From a virus (lineage: Duplodnaviria > Caudoviricetes): a DNA stretch of 36,454 nt. The position numbers and the translations under genes were made by a program. Each line of letters starts with the position of its first letter. The stretch's first letter is position 1. This document shows positions 1 through 8,402 of the stretch, in pieces. The DNA lies in IMG/VR virus record IMGVR_UViG_3300028396_000019, positions 1-36,454 of that record; one strand, given 5' to 3'. The notes under the pieces were generated by a model. The model did no database searches. It saw nothing but the letters and a program-made list of their open reading frames with translations, and was not told the DNA's origin.

Positions 1-75
1 TATTGAAATTTCGTTCATCCATTCTGGATAATCCTTACCTGCTTCCCACGCCGAGGTATCTACTATTGTGCTCAT
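1..75 (-). CDS. nrdA: Ribonucleotide reductase alpha subunit, N-terminal 25 codons (runs off the left edge)
   Basis: Not in the ORF track. ATG at 75 reads MSTIVDTSAWEAGKDYPEWMNEISI, open to the edge, 19 nt downstream of nrdB. The W..G.DYPEW start resembles short NrdA N-termini; identity is mainly from context. Confidence 0.65.
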   Translation of the reverse strand, partial: MSTIVDTSAWEAGKDYPEWMNEISI

Positions 76-94
76 ATGTCTTTTAGTTGTTTTT

Positions 95-1072
95 TTAAAA
101 TGCTGTGGACCAGTCCATTGTGCCCTTACTGTAATTTGTAACTCTATTTGCAAAGAAATCAGTTTGCTGTTTTCCTGCTATAACTGCATCAAACCATTTC
201 ATAGTCTTTAATGCGCCTTTATCAATATCTTCAGATGGGATTAATGGTGCAAGCCCTAAATCTCCCATTTTGGTATTAACTCTATGACGTATAAAGTTTT
301 TTAGATCTTCTTTAGATAAATTCTCTAAATCTCCTTGCTCAAAAACCTTATCAATAAAGCCAAATTCTAGATTAATTGCTGCTGTTGCTGCTTCTCTAAT
401 ATCTGCTTCTAGTTTATCGGTTTTTAATTCTGGATGCTCTTTCATGAGTGTTCTGAAAAGCCAGCAACCTGCGTTACTATGTAAGGATTCATCCCTTACC
501 GACCATTCTACTATTTGACCTACTCCTTTAAGTAGATTTCTCATCTTAAATGATAGTAGTACTGCAAAAGAACTAAAAAGGTTAACTCCTTCTGTAAATG
601 CTGAGAAGATAGCTAATGATACAGCTCTGGAATGCCAATCAGGAGTACCGTCATGTGCGTCTCTAACTTTCATCAGGTTTTCAATTTTAGCTAATGTAGC
701 TTCATCTTCTAAGAATTCAGCAAAATCATCTAATCCTAATTCTTCATTTAGTAAAGAGTAAGCTTCAGCATGTATAGTTTCGAATGCACCAAAGGTTACA
801 CCCATCATAATAACTTCTGGTTTCCGGAACCAACTAGTAACTAAATTAGTCCAGTAATCGTTTACTACAGTTTCGGTTTGAGCAAAACCTTTCAGTATTC
901 CACCTATTAAATTCTTTTCGTGCGGCTTCAAATTAGACTTCCAATCTGTTACGTCTTGTGCCATAGGTACTTCTGTATGTAACCAGTGTGCTTGTTGCTG
1001 TTTTAACCAATAATCGAATGCTTGTGGGTATTCAAATGGCTTATAAACCACTCTTTCATCTTTTAAACTCAT
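95..1072 (-). CDS. nrdB: Class I ribonucleotide reductase beta subunit
   Basis: YKPFEYP N-terminus, W30, metal ligands E67, E98-x-x-H101, E161, E195-x-x-H198, radical-site Y105, C-terminal TDFF..RVTNY tail. Confidence 0.97.
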   Translation of the reverse strand: MSLKDERVVYKPFEYPQAFDYWLKQQQAHWLHTEVPMAQDVTDWKSNLKPHEKNLIGGILKGFAQTETVVNDYWTNLVTSWFRKPEVIMMGVTFGAFETIHAEAYSLLNEELGLDDFAEFLEDEATLAKIENLMKVRDAHDGTPDWHSRAVSLAIFSAFTEGVNLFSSFAVLLSFKMRNLLKGVGQIVEWSVRDESLHSNAGCWLFRTLMKEHPELKTDKLEADIREAATAAINLEFGFIDKVFEQGDLENLSKEDLKNFIRHRVNTKMGDLGLAPLIPSEDIDKGALKTMKWFDAVIAGKQQTDFFANRVTNYSKGTMDWSTAF

Positions 1073-1105
1073 ATATCTTTATATATTAATAATTAATTTA
1101 GACAG

Positions 1106-1146
1106 GATATCCCCAAGAGCGTAAATTGCTTTCTCTTGAGGATACC
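1106..1146 (-). other. 14-bp RNA stem-loop between helicase and nrdB
   Basis: Minus strand GGTATCCTCAAGAG-(13 nt)-CTCTTGGGGATATC; 12 Watson-Crick plus 2 G-U pairs; no U-tract follows. Confidence 0.6.
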
Positions 1147-1148
1147 AT

Positions 1149-1156
1149 TATAAATA
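1149..1156 (-). promoter_or_regulatory. TATTTATA motif (putative late promoter) upstream of nrdB
   Basis: One of 8 exact intergenic copies in the same orientation. Confidence 0.5.
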
Positions 1157-1161
1157 TGGCG

Positions 1162-2520
1162 TTATGCAGTATCTAGACGTTCAACACTAAAAAACTTTTT
1201 TGCTAACTCTTTATGAGTAGAGGTAACTCCGTTTTCATTAGGGATTAAATCATCCATATCAGCTTGCCCTTCAAATTCTATATGACCGTTATTAGTATCC
1301 ATTTTTAAGTTATATGTCATACCGTCCATACCGTATCTATTCTTCATAACATGCCATCTTCCTGTTCCTAGTACTTTATCTTCTTTCATTCGTGATAAAG
1401 AGAAACACATATCTGCTACCATCATTTTATCGTAACTACCTGCTGCTTTGTCTCCTTCAATAACTGAATCTTTAGCTCCCATTCTATTAACTTGAGAAGG
1501 AGTAATGACAGGTATTTTAAATTCTTTAGCTAATCCCTTAGTTGCAATAAACACATCATCAATTTCATCTTTACGTTCGGAGAATTTACCTTTAGAAGGT
1601 GCTTTTAAATAGTCAACATAATCTATAACGATTAAATCTGGTTTATGATCCATATCTATACACTTCTGTATATGTGACTTTACCGTGTTAACAGTAGCTC
1701 CTTTCGGTGGATATTCTTTTACAATCAACCTACCTTTAAGCCCGTTAACGTGATCTTGTACTTCTTTTCTATGTTCATTAACTTCGTCAATTGAGTACCC
1801 AGTTAAGTAGCAATCAAAACGTTTACCAACATAATCTTCTCCTAATTCTAAAGTATAGTAGTTAACTTTATACCCCATCTTTACAGCATGAGCTGCCATT
1901 GCTACACAAGTCCAACTCTTACCACCTCCAGGGTTACCGAATACAATAGCTAAATCTCCAGGTCCAAATCCTCCTTGAATACCTTCGTTTAATACAGGCC
2001 AAGGAGTTGGTATCGTAGGTCTATAGTCTGTTCTATATCTGGACTCTATATCTTTGTTGTATTCATGCCCGATATTTTTATCCATTCCAGCTTTCATAGC
2101 TTTCTCTACCATATTACGAATTCCATCAAAATCTCCTTCCTTTAAAAGATCCGCAGAACTAAGAATTGCGTGTTTCATTTCCTGGTTCTTACAAAACCCT
2201 AGGAACTCTTCTTGAACGTATTCTAAATCGTCTTGGGATGCTTGATAAGAGTTTCGTAACTCCTCCTTTAATGCTACCTGTAGTATTTCATTTTCTATCT
2301 TCTGTAGCTCTACCTTTAACACATCCATAGTAACAGTTGTGTGGTACTTATCAAAATATGTAGTAATTTGAGTTATTATCCACTTATGTGAATCGGCGTC
2401 AAAATATTCTTCTTTTAGTACATCTCTTACGTTAAGTAGAAACTTCTTATCTGTAAGTAGAGATCCTAAAACTTTTAATTGAAATCCTTTGCCGTACTGC
2501 TGTAAACTCTTTAGTGTCAT
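1162..2520 (-). CDS. Replicative DnaB-family (SF4) helicase, T4 gp41-like
   Basis: Walker A GNPGGGKS, YYTLE, Walker B IVIDYVD, SQVNR and KNRYG motifs. Confidence 0.95.
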   Translation of the reverse strand: MTLKSLQQYGKGFQLKVLGSLLTDKKFLLNVRDVLKEEYFDADSHKWIITQITTYFDKYHTTVTMDVLKVELQKIENEILQVALKEELRNSYQASQDDLEYVQEEFLGFCKNQEMKHAILSSADLLKEGDFDGIRNMVEKAMKAGMDKNIGHEYNKDIESRYRTDYRPTIPTPWPVLNEGIQGGFGPGDLAIVFGNPGGGKSWTCVAMAAHAVKMGYKVNYYTLELGEDYVGKRFDCYLTGYSIDEVNEHRKEVQDHVNGLKGRLIVKEYPPKGATVNTVKSHIQKCIDMDHKPDLIVIDYVDYLKAPSKGKFSERKDEIDDVFIATKGLAKEFKIPVITPSQVNRMGAKDSVIEGDKAAGSYDKMMVADMCFSLSRMKEDKVLGTGRWHVMKNRYGMDGMTYNLKMDTNNGHIEFEGQADMDDLIPNENGVTSTHKELAKKFFSVERLDTA

Positions 2521-2539
2521 ATTGTAACCTTTATTTATT

Positions 2540-2570
2540 TAAATATAATGAAAATCAACGTAAGAAGCAA
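2540..2570 (-). promoter_or_regulatory. Putative Bacteroidota-type promoter upstream of helicase
   Basis: Minus strand TTG-N20-TATATTTA, 19 nt before ATG; one of six copies with the same spacing. Confidence 0.65.
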
Positions 2571-2598
2571 CTAAAAGATGCTTTATATTTACGTTTTT

Positions 2599-3633
2599 TT
2601 ACTCCTTTTTGTAGGTAGTTAAACCTCTAAAATTCTCTAGCCATGCTTCAGTATTTTTAGTAATACCTTCAATGCCGTCTAGCTCTAACATTCGTAAAAA
2701 AGCACCTGTTTGTAAGTTACTTACTGGTGATTTAATTACGTCTCTTACGTACTGCTTTTCTTTGTCATCTAAGCTTGTTACATGTAGATCCATTAGTTGA
2801 AAGTTTGTTTCGACTCTATCCCATTCCATTATTATCTTAGGAAAGATTTTCTTTACTTTCTTTTCATCTAATTTTGCTTCACATATATCATAAACGTACT
2901 GTAGAGTAGTACCAGGTTTATCAATTAAATCCGGAAATTCAGATAATATAGTTTTTATACCTAATCCTTTTACTCCTGCTAAGTTATCAGAATTATCTCC
3001 TAGTAATGCCTTTACTACATTATAGTTTTCTGGTATTACTTGTAATTCCGCATTTATATTATCCTGTGTAAAGGTTTTCTTTTTGACAGGTGCATAGACT
3101 TCTACTGTATCGTCTACTAACTGTAAAAAGTCTTTATCTGAAGATATAATTGTACATTTCTTAACGTTTGAGTGAGAAGCTAATTTAGCCATATACGCTA
3201 TTATATCATCTGCTTCTAATTTCTCTAACATCATAGATTGCATAGGTAAACACTCTAAATAATCCTGAACTCTATGTAGCTGTCCTATCAGAGCTTCCAT
3301 CTCTTGCTCTTTAGTATCATAAAGTCCCCAGTGAGTAATCCTGCTTGTAGCTCTTTGAGCTTTATAGTTTGGATCTACATTTTTTCTGTTAGCAGATCCT
3401 CCTTTACCGTCCCATACTATTACCACCCTAGTAGGATCAAAGATCCTCGTTACGTACCCTAATGAGCGAAGGAAGCCCACCAAGCCGCCAACATGGGCGC
3501 CTGATGGGTTCATCGCTTTGAGTAGAGAGAAACTACGAATTAACATATTCATAGCATCTACGACCAAGATATGATCGTTTAACTCACGGGGTGGGGTTTC
3601 TTTTAAATTGTTGAGTATGTTTTCGTACGCCAT
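2599..3633 (-). CDS. 5'-3' exonuclease / flap endonuclease (T4 RNase H / Pol I 5'-nuclease family)
   Basis: VVDAMN, VWDG, YKAQR, EADDII, SSDKDFLQL and GDNSDNLAGVKGLGIKT (helix-3-turn-helix) motifs with acidic residues intact. Confidence 0.95.
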   Translation of the reverse strand: MAYENILNNLKETPPRELNDHILVVDAMNMLIRSFSLLKAMNPSGAHVGGLVGFLRSLGYVTRIFDPTRVVIVWDGKGGSANRKNVDPNYKAQRATSRITHWGLYDTKEQEMEALIGQLHRVQDYLECLPMQSMMLEKLEADDIIAYMAKLASHSNVKKCTIISSDKDFLQLVDDTVEVYAPVKKKTFTQDNINAELQVIPENYNVVKALLGDNSDNLAGVKGLGIKTILSEFPDLIDKPGTTLQYVYDICEAKLDEKKVKKIFPKIIMEWDRVETNFQLMDLHVTSLDDKEKQYVRDVIKSPVSNLQTGAFLRMLELDGIEGITKNTEAWLENFRGLTTYKKE

Positions 3634-4706
3634 TAGTCTAGTAGGTTTGGAGATATTGGTGTTTCTTCTAAATCTCCTTCTTCGATTAAATCAAAGTCTA
3701 CTGAACCTACTAGTTTTAACCAGTGTTCTTTATGAGCATCTCTATACTTATCAATTGCTTTTTTATCATCTTCGATAAATCCATGGGACGTCATAACAAC
3801 TCTTCCTCTTGACTGTACTCCTCCAATATGGTTCTTTTCAATCTGTATATTCGTTCTTTTAGCAAATTCTACTTGAAGACCGTTCTTTACAGCTTTAATT
3901 TTTGAAGTACCTGGGTTAGTAATATTACCAAAAGTAACTACTAGTGTTGCATCATACCACATAGACATTCCTCCTTTGTTCTGCAACTTAGGTTGACCCA
4001 TTGGATGCTCTGGTTTCATAGTCCATACCTTATTAATAGCTACTAACGTATTTGTATAAGGTGAATTCTCTTTTCTAGATAACAGAATCTTTTGATTTAA
4101 GTTGTTTCCGAATTGAGTAGACATAGCTCCTGCATTCCATTCGTTATTGTTCTTATTAGAACGTACCGATAAGTCACAAGGAATAGATCCAATAGAATCC
4201 CAAAAGAAACACATATCATAAGGTAGGTTACCTTTGGCTTGTTCGTCCATTAAATCAGCCATGTATACTGCTACTTCTTCAATAGTGTTTAATGAACCTC
4301 TATCAGCATAGAGGAAGTGTCCTTCATAATCTACAACGTTTCCATTTTCATCTTTAACTTCGTTAAACTTCAAGCCCATCTCTTTAGCATGTTCCCATGA
4401 CCATTTCATCTCTGAGATTACAAAGACAGGTAGTATCCCCATCTTTTGAGCGTTTACCGCCGCTTCTAATAAAGCTGTTGTCTTACCGGTATCACTATGC
4501 CCTCTTAGTAATGTAATATGACCTGTAGGTATGCCGGGTAACGAAGTAATATCTACAAAAGCTTTAGAAAGAGGTATCCATCCTTGCTCTTTAAACTTAA
4601 CAGATGAGGAGGAGTACCCTTTCTTCTTCTTAAAGTTTCCTAAGTTAAACGATTTCTGTACAGATGCGGTTGCACGTGCTTTTGTTTCTTCTTTCTTTTT
4701 TGCCAT
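3633..4706 (-). CDS. uvsX: RecA/UvsX-like recombinase
   Basis: GIPTGHITLLRG leading into Walker A GHSDTGKT, Walker B FFWDSIG, GG motif, KNH; TAATG overlap with next gene. Confidence 0.92.
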   Translation of the reverse strand: MAKKKEETKARATASVQKSFNLGNFKKKKGYSSSSVKFKEQGWIPLSKAFVDITSLPGIPTGHITLLRGHSDTGKTTALLEAAVNAQKMGILPVFVISEMKWSWEHAKEMGLKFNEVKDENGNVVDYEGHFLYADRGSLNTIEEVAVYMADLMDEQAKGNLPYDMCFFWDSIGSIPCDLSVRSNKNNNEWNAGAMSTQFGNNLNQKILLSRKENSPYTNTLVAINKVWTMKPEHPMGQPKLQNKGGMSMWYDATLVVTFGNITNPGTSKIKAVKNGLQVEFAKRTNIQIEKNHIGGVQSRGRVVMTSHGFIEDDKKAIDKYRDAHKEHWLKLVGSVDFDLIEEGDLEETPISPNLLD

Positions 4707-4708
4707 AT

Positions 4709-5515
4709 CTATTCGTTGAATAAGTCATCAAATTTATTAACTGTGTCTTTGTTGCCAGCCGTAGCTGTTTCCAAAGTAAAGTCAGTTTTTTGTTGACCTA
4801 AGCTTTCTGGCAGGGTATTATCATTTCCTCCAGGAGTTGCAGTTGTATTTTCTTCTGCTGATCCAGGATTTAAGTAGTTCTGTAATTGTTTCTTGATAAA
4901 CTCATAATCATATTGAGTATGAACATCTACAGGGTTTGGTTGTGTCTTTAACCATGAATCTACTAACGTATTGTTATCTGATAATGGTGTTTGTTTTGGT
5001 TTAATTCGTACAGTAGTAGTTGGGTAAGGATTACCTTGTTGTTGCTCTACAACTAAATCCCATCCGTTAATTACGTCTGTGAAATCACCTACATCTTCAT
5101 CTTCAGCTAAAGCTAAAAGGGCTTTGTAGATAGTTACACCGAATCCCCATAATCTAACTCCTTTATCTTCTTCTCCTCTAACTACTACAGGAGCAAATAC
5201 TCTAGTTTTAGGGTTAATTTTACCTGATAAAGACCAATTGTCTTTGTCATTAGTTTTTCTTAATTCCTTAACAAATTCCTCAATAGGATCTTGTTTACCA
5301 AAGTTAGATAAAGCAACCATAGGGTATTTTCCAATCCCATAGTGAAACTTTAACTCCTTAAAAGGAAAAGCAGGGTCATAAGCAGATGGTACAATACGTA
5401 CTGTCTGTTTCCCTAGTTCCGGTTTCCAAAAAATCTTTGAATAGTCAGTCTTTTCTCCAGTCTGACCGTTGTTGTTTAAGGCATCTAGCTTAGCCTTGAT
5501 CGCATTTAAATCCAT
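4709..5515 (-). CDS. Single-stranded DNA-binding protein, T4 gp32-like
   Basis: FWKP..GKQTVRIVP, LWGFG..IYK, DFTD...G.DL motifs; acidic C-terminus KFDDLFNE; adjacent to recombinase. Confidence 0.85.
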   Translation of the reverse strand: MDLNAIKAKLDALNNNGQTGEKTDYSKIFWKPELGKQTVRIVPSAYDPAFPFKELKFHYGIGKYPMVALSNFGKQDPIEEFVKELRKTNDKDNWSLSGKINPKTRVFAPVVVRGEEDKGVRLWGFGVTIYKALLALAEDEDVGDFTDVINGWDLVVEQQQGNPYPTTTVRIKPKQTPLSDNNTLVDSWLKTQPNPVDVHTQYDYEFIKKQLQNYLNPGSAEENTTATPGGNDNTLPESLGQQKTDFTLETATAGNKDTVNKFDDLFNE

Positions 5516-5547
5516 ATAACTTATTTTTATTTATTTGTAACTTATTA

Positions 5548-5578
5548 TCAATATACGAAAAATATATTAACTCTCCAA
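5548..5578 (-). promoter_or_regulatory. Putative Bacteroidota-type promoter upstream of SSB
   Basis: Minus strand TTG-N20-TATATTGA. Confidence 0.6.
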
Positions 5579-6022
5579 CTCTATTATATTAAAAAGTTTA
5601 GTATTTATTCTTCTTAATTCTGGACCTTTGGTCAGAAGTATGCAGTTTCTGAAATCTGACCAGTTCACTCTATACGAAGTATCTAACTTGCCATCGTTAA
5701 GTTCTTTTATTAACGTATTTAAGGCATTTATAGTGTATAGGGTATTAGTTTCTTTCTTTCTATGTACTAGTATGGTATTATCTAAAAAATTTGATACATT
5801 TCCAAAATCTACGTTGTAGGTACAAATGTATTCGTTTTGACTTTTTGAATAAAGTACAAATATTTTACTGTATACTATTTTATATTTCTCCTGTATGGAA
5901 GTAAGTACATCATCTAGAGTTTCCTCTGTAGAAAATGTACAAAACAGTTTATTGCTCATATCATCATTATAATAGGTTGCGTCGAGATCGTAATCGAACG
6001 TGGGTGCTGTAACTAATTGCAT
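5567..6022 (-). CDS. Hypothetical protein between polymerase and SSB
   Basis: 151-aa ORF filling the gap in the operon; NKLFCTF and HRKKETNTLYTINALN segments; alternative start M22 at 5959. Confidence 0.85.
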   Translation of the reverse strand: MQLVTAPTFDYDLDATYYNDDMSNKLFCTFSTEETLDDVLTSIQEKYKIVYSKIFVLYSKSQNEYICTYNVDFGNVSNFLDNTILVHRKKETNTLYTINALNTLIKELNDGKLDTSYRVNWSDFRNCILLTKGPELRRINTKLFNIIELES

Positions 6023-6026
6023 TTTA

Positions 6027-6034
6027 TATAAATA
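6027..6034 (-). promoter_or_regulatory. TATTTATA motif
   Basis: Exact copy in a 22-nt intergenic gap, 4 nt before the first ATG. Confidence 0.5.
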
Positions 6035-6044
6035 TTAAACTGTT

Positions 6045-7370
6045 TTATAAACCTAAATCTTTACTGTATTTAAATTTTACTGGGTATTTGTTATCTTTTT
6101 CTAGTATTTTTTTAATACCTTCTAATGTTTCTTTACCATCTTCCTTACTAAAGTCAAAAAGCAAAGCATCATATGTATAAAGTACCAATTTAGTCTTTTT
6201 ATCAACTAGGTACCTTAATATATCTTTCAATATAAGAATATTATTTGAGGTTTCCAACGATTGCATCATATAATTCATTAATTTTGCTGGATGCATCTCT
6301 TTTAGGTTAGTAGTAAATGGTTTTCCTGATTGAGGATTACACACTATTCCTGTTTCTTTGTAGACTGACCACATATTATCTATGAATTCCTGTATCAGTA
6401 CAAAAATTTCTAAGTCTTTATGCTCTTCTGGTATTTTTCCATATATTGCTTGGAAGTTAATTTGTTTAGCTTCTTTATATTGGTCGTCAGTTATATTTTC
6501 TGTACCAAAATAGTGTTTTGCTAGTTGCTTGTGGGCAGATTCGTCAGTAAGTCTGTACCCAATCTGATCGCAAAGTAACCTAAGGTGATAGCCATCGAAA
6601 TCGAACTCAACAAAATAGTCTTGGGTTGGAACGAAACATTTGCGGTGTTGTTCACTCTTAGGAATAGCAGCGAAATTAACAGAATTAAAAGCATTAGTAG
6701 GTCTAGAAGTAGCATTGTATAAATTATAATAGGTTAGTACTTTCTTGTTATATATATTATATTCAGGTTCTCTTGGATTAAAGTTCTCTACAAAAGTATC
6801 GTGCTGTATACCTAATCCACTTTGTTCTATAAGGTAGAATACTGATATTGCTGTATGATTATAGAATTCAAATCCGTCTGGTATATCATACTCTAATACA
6901 TGTTTAACTTTATTAAATACTTTTTCACAGCTTTCATATAATTTAGATATAGGTATTATCTGATTTATATTACTGTTAAGTCTATGTTTATTATAAAAGT
7001 AGTTTAACGTATTAGTTTCTCTTTCGTACTCTAACCTTTGGTATTTAACCATTGAATAAAGTAGTGCTATATCAATTACTCCAGGTATATTAATATGGTA
7101 GAGCAGTTTTTTCTTATCTAAGGTATATACTTTATTGGCTTTACTTAGAATAGCTATAACACGTTTTATATCTACATTTAAACCTTCATCGTGTTTTATA
7201 GGGATTATATAACCATGAGTACTTTGTAGTAATCTTATATAAATTGCTACAGTGGAAGTTAACTTAGGATGGTAGTTATCATTAGAACTGATTATGTCGA
7301 CATAGCAACCTAACCTAACTAATTTTTCTAATGATTGAAGCTTTGCTTCTTCTTCTACTATATAAAACAT
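6045..7370 (-). CDS. Small, divergent family-A DNA polymerase
   Basis: TSRPTN..VNFAAIP (TGRLSS..PNLQNIP), motif A EFDFDGYHLRLL, motif B AKQINFQAIYG, NYMMQS, motif C YTYDALLFD; only 441 aa. Confidence 0.88.
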   Translation of the reverse strand: MFYIVEEEAKLQSLEKLVRLGCYVDIISSNDNYHPKLTSTVAIYIRLLQSTHGYIIPIKHDEGLNVDIKRVIAILSKANKVYTLDKKKLLYHINIPGVIDIALLYSMVKYQRLEYERETNTLNYFYNKHRLNSNINQIIPISKLYESCEKVFNKVKHVLEYDIPDGFEFYNHTAISVFYLIEQSGLGIQHDTFVENFNPREPEYNIYNKKVLTYYNLYNATSRPTNAFNSVNFAAIPKSEQHRKCFVPTQDYFVEFDFDGYHLRLLCDQIGYRLTDESAHKQLAKHYFGTENITDDQYKEAKQINFQAIYGKIPEEHKDLEIFVLIQEFIDNMWSVYKETGIVCNPQSGKPFTTNLKEMHPAKLMNYMMQSLETSNNILILKDILRYLVDKKTKLVLYTYDALLFDFSKEDGKETLEGIKKILEKDNKYPVKFKYSKDLGL

Positions 7371-7386
7371 TATTATAACCTTTAAT

Positions 7387-7416
7387 ATAATATATGAAAA
7401 ATATTTTAAGCTACAA
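7387..7416 (-). promoter_or_regulatory. Putative Bacteroidota-type promoter heading the replication module
   Basis: Minus strand TTTG-N19-TATATTAT at the structural/replication boundary. Confidence 0.65.
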
Positions 7417-7417
7417 A

Positions 7418-8401
7418 CTAATAATAGTTATTACTTGAAATATTATTATTGTTCGAAGTATAATTTGTTTCTGAGATGTCACCATCTGGTATGTTGAATT
7501 CTTGATTATTACCTCCTCCGCTGTAACCTCCTCCAGAGCTTGTGTTTGAAGTGGTGTTATTCTCTGCTGCAAGTAGGTAGGGTATTAACTGTCTATGTGG
7601 TTCAGTTGTATGTACTGCTCCTTCCATTGCTCCTTTGGTTGGATGAACGTGATAAAATCCTTTATAATCTTGATTAGAACCTTTAATTTTATATCTACCT
7701 CCAGATGTATATAGGTTAGTTTTAGTCTTTATAGGTATAGGCTTATTAGGTTTAAACCTTGGTTTTGCTTTCCGGATAGGATGCTGTTGCACCGATGGTG
7801 TTTGTTTTTTAATAATCCTCACTTGTTCCCTTGGAGGAAGTTCTTCAAACTTGTAACCTTCAACGTCTGATTCTATATCTGCAAATTTACCATAGTCGGT
7901 TATATATTCATCTACATTTGGAACCTCTAATGATAGTTTAAGTATACTTTCTCTATTTCTAGATGCTGCTCCTTTAAAGTTGTACCCTTGATTAAATATA
8001 TCTTTAACAGGTTTTTCTAACACCCAATTTACTTCACCCTGTTTAATATACAGTAGTGTTTTAGCTAAATCGTAATTCTTCTTTAATACTTCAGTTACGT
8101 TTCCGTTTCTAGTATCATGTATAAAGTACCTCTTAAAGTACCCTGTTTTATAGTTTTGAGGTGTAGGGAAAGTATTTTCTGCAGTAAATGTGCTTCCTTC
8201 TCCTACAAACTCCTCATCATGCTCATGATCAGGAACTTTTTCTATTTCTTCAGAAGATTCAGTAGGACCTGTCCCCGTAAATGTCTTTCCTTGAGGTGTT
8301 TCGTAATAAGGTCCCTCATAAGGTGCTCCTGATGATGCAAGTGTAAATTGCCCTAGAAGTGCAAATAGTCCTTTAAGTACTTTAAACGCTGGTAACCACA
8401 T
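7418..8401 (-). CDS. Hypothetical, probably baseplate-associated protein
   Basis: 327-aa ORF 1 nt after the hub gene; duplicated Y.G.Y(Y/H) module; N/S/G-rich tail. Confidence 0.8.
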   Translation of the reverse strand: MWLPAFKVLKGLFALLGQFTLASSGAPYEGPYYETPQGKTFTGTGPTESSEEIEKVPDHEHDEEFVGEGSTFTAENTFPTPQNYKTGYFKRYFIHDTRNGNVTEVLKKNYDLAKTLLYIKQGEVNWVLEKPVKDIFNQGYNFKGAASRNRESILKLSLEVPNVDEYITDYGKFADIESDVEGYKFEELPPREQVRIIKKQTPSVQQHPIRKAKPRFKPNKPIPIKTKTNLYTSGGRYKIKGSNQDYKGFYHVHPTKGAMEGAVHTTEPHRQLIPYLLAAENNTTSNTSSGGGYSGGGNNQEFNIPDGDISETNYTSNNNNISSNNYY

Positions 8402-8402
8402 A

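Noticed and set aside
95-7370. Inteins, introns or homing endonucleases in nrdB, helicase, recombinase or polymerase
   Set aside because: Motif spacing and lengths leave no room for insertions; no splice-junction motifs seen.
6045-7370. Polymerase as a pseudogene
   Set aside because: Uninterrupted ORF with its own promoter motif and both catalytic aspartates.
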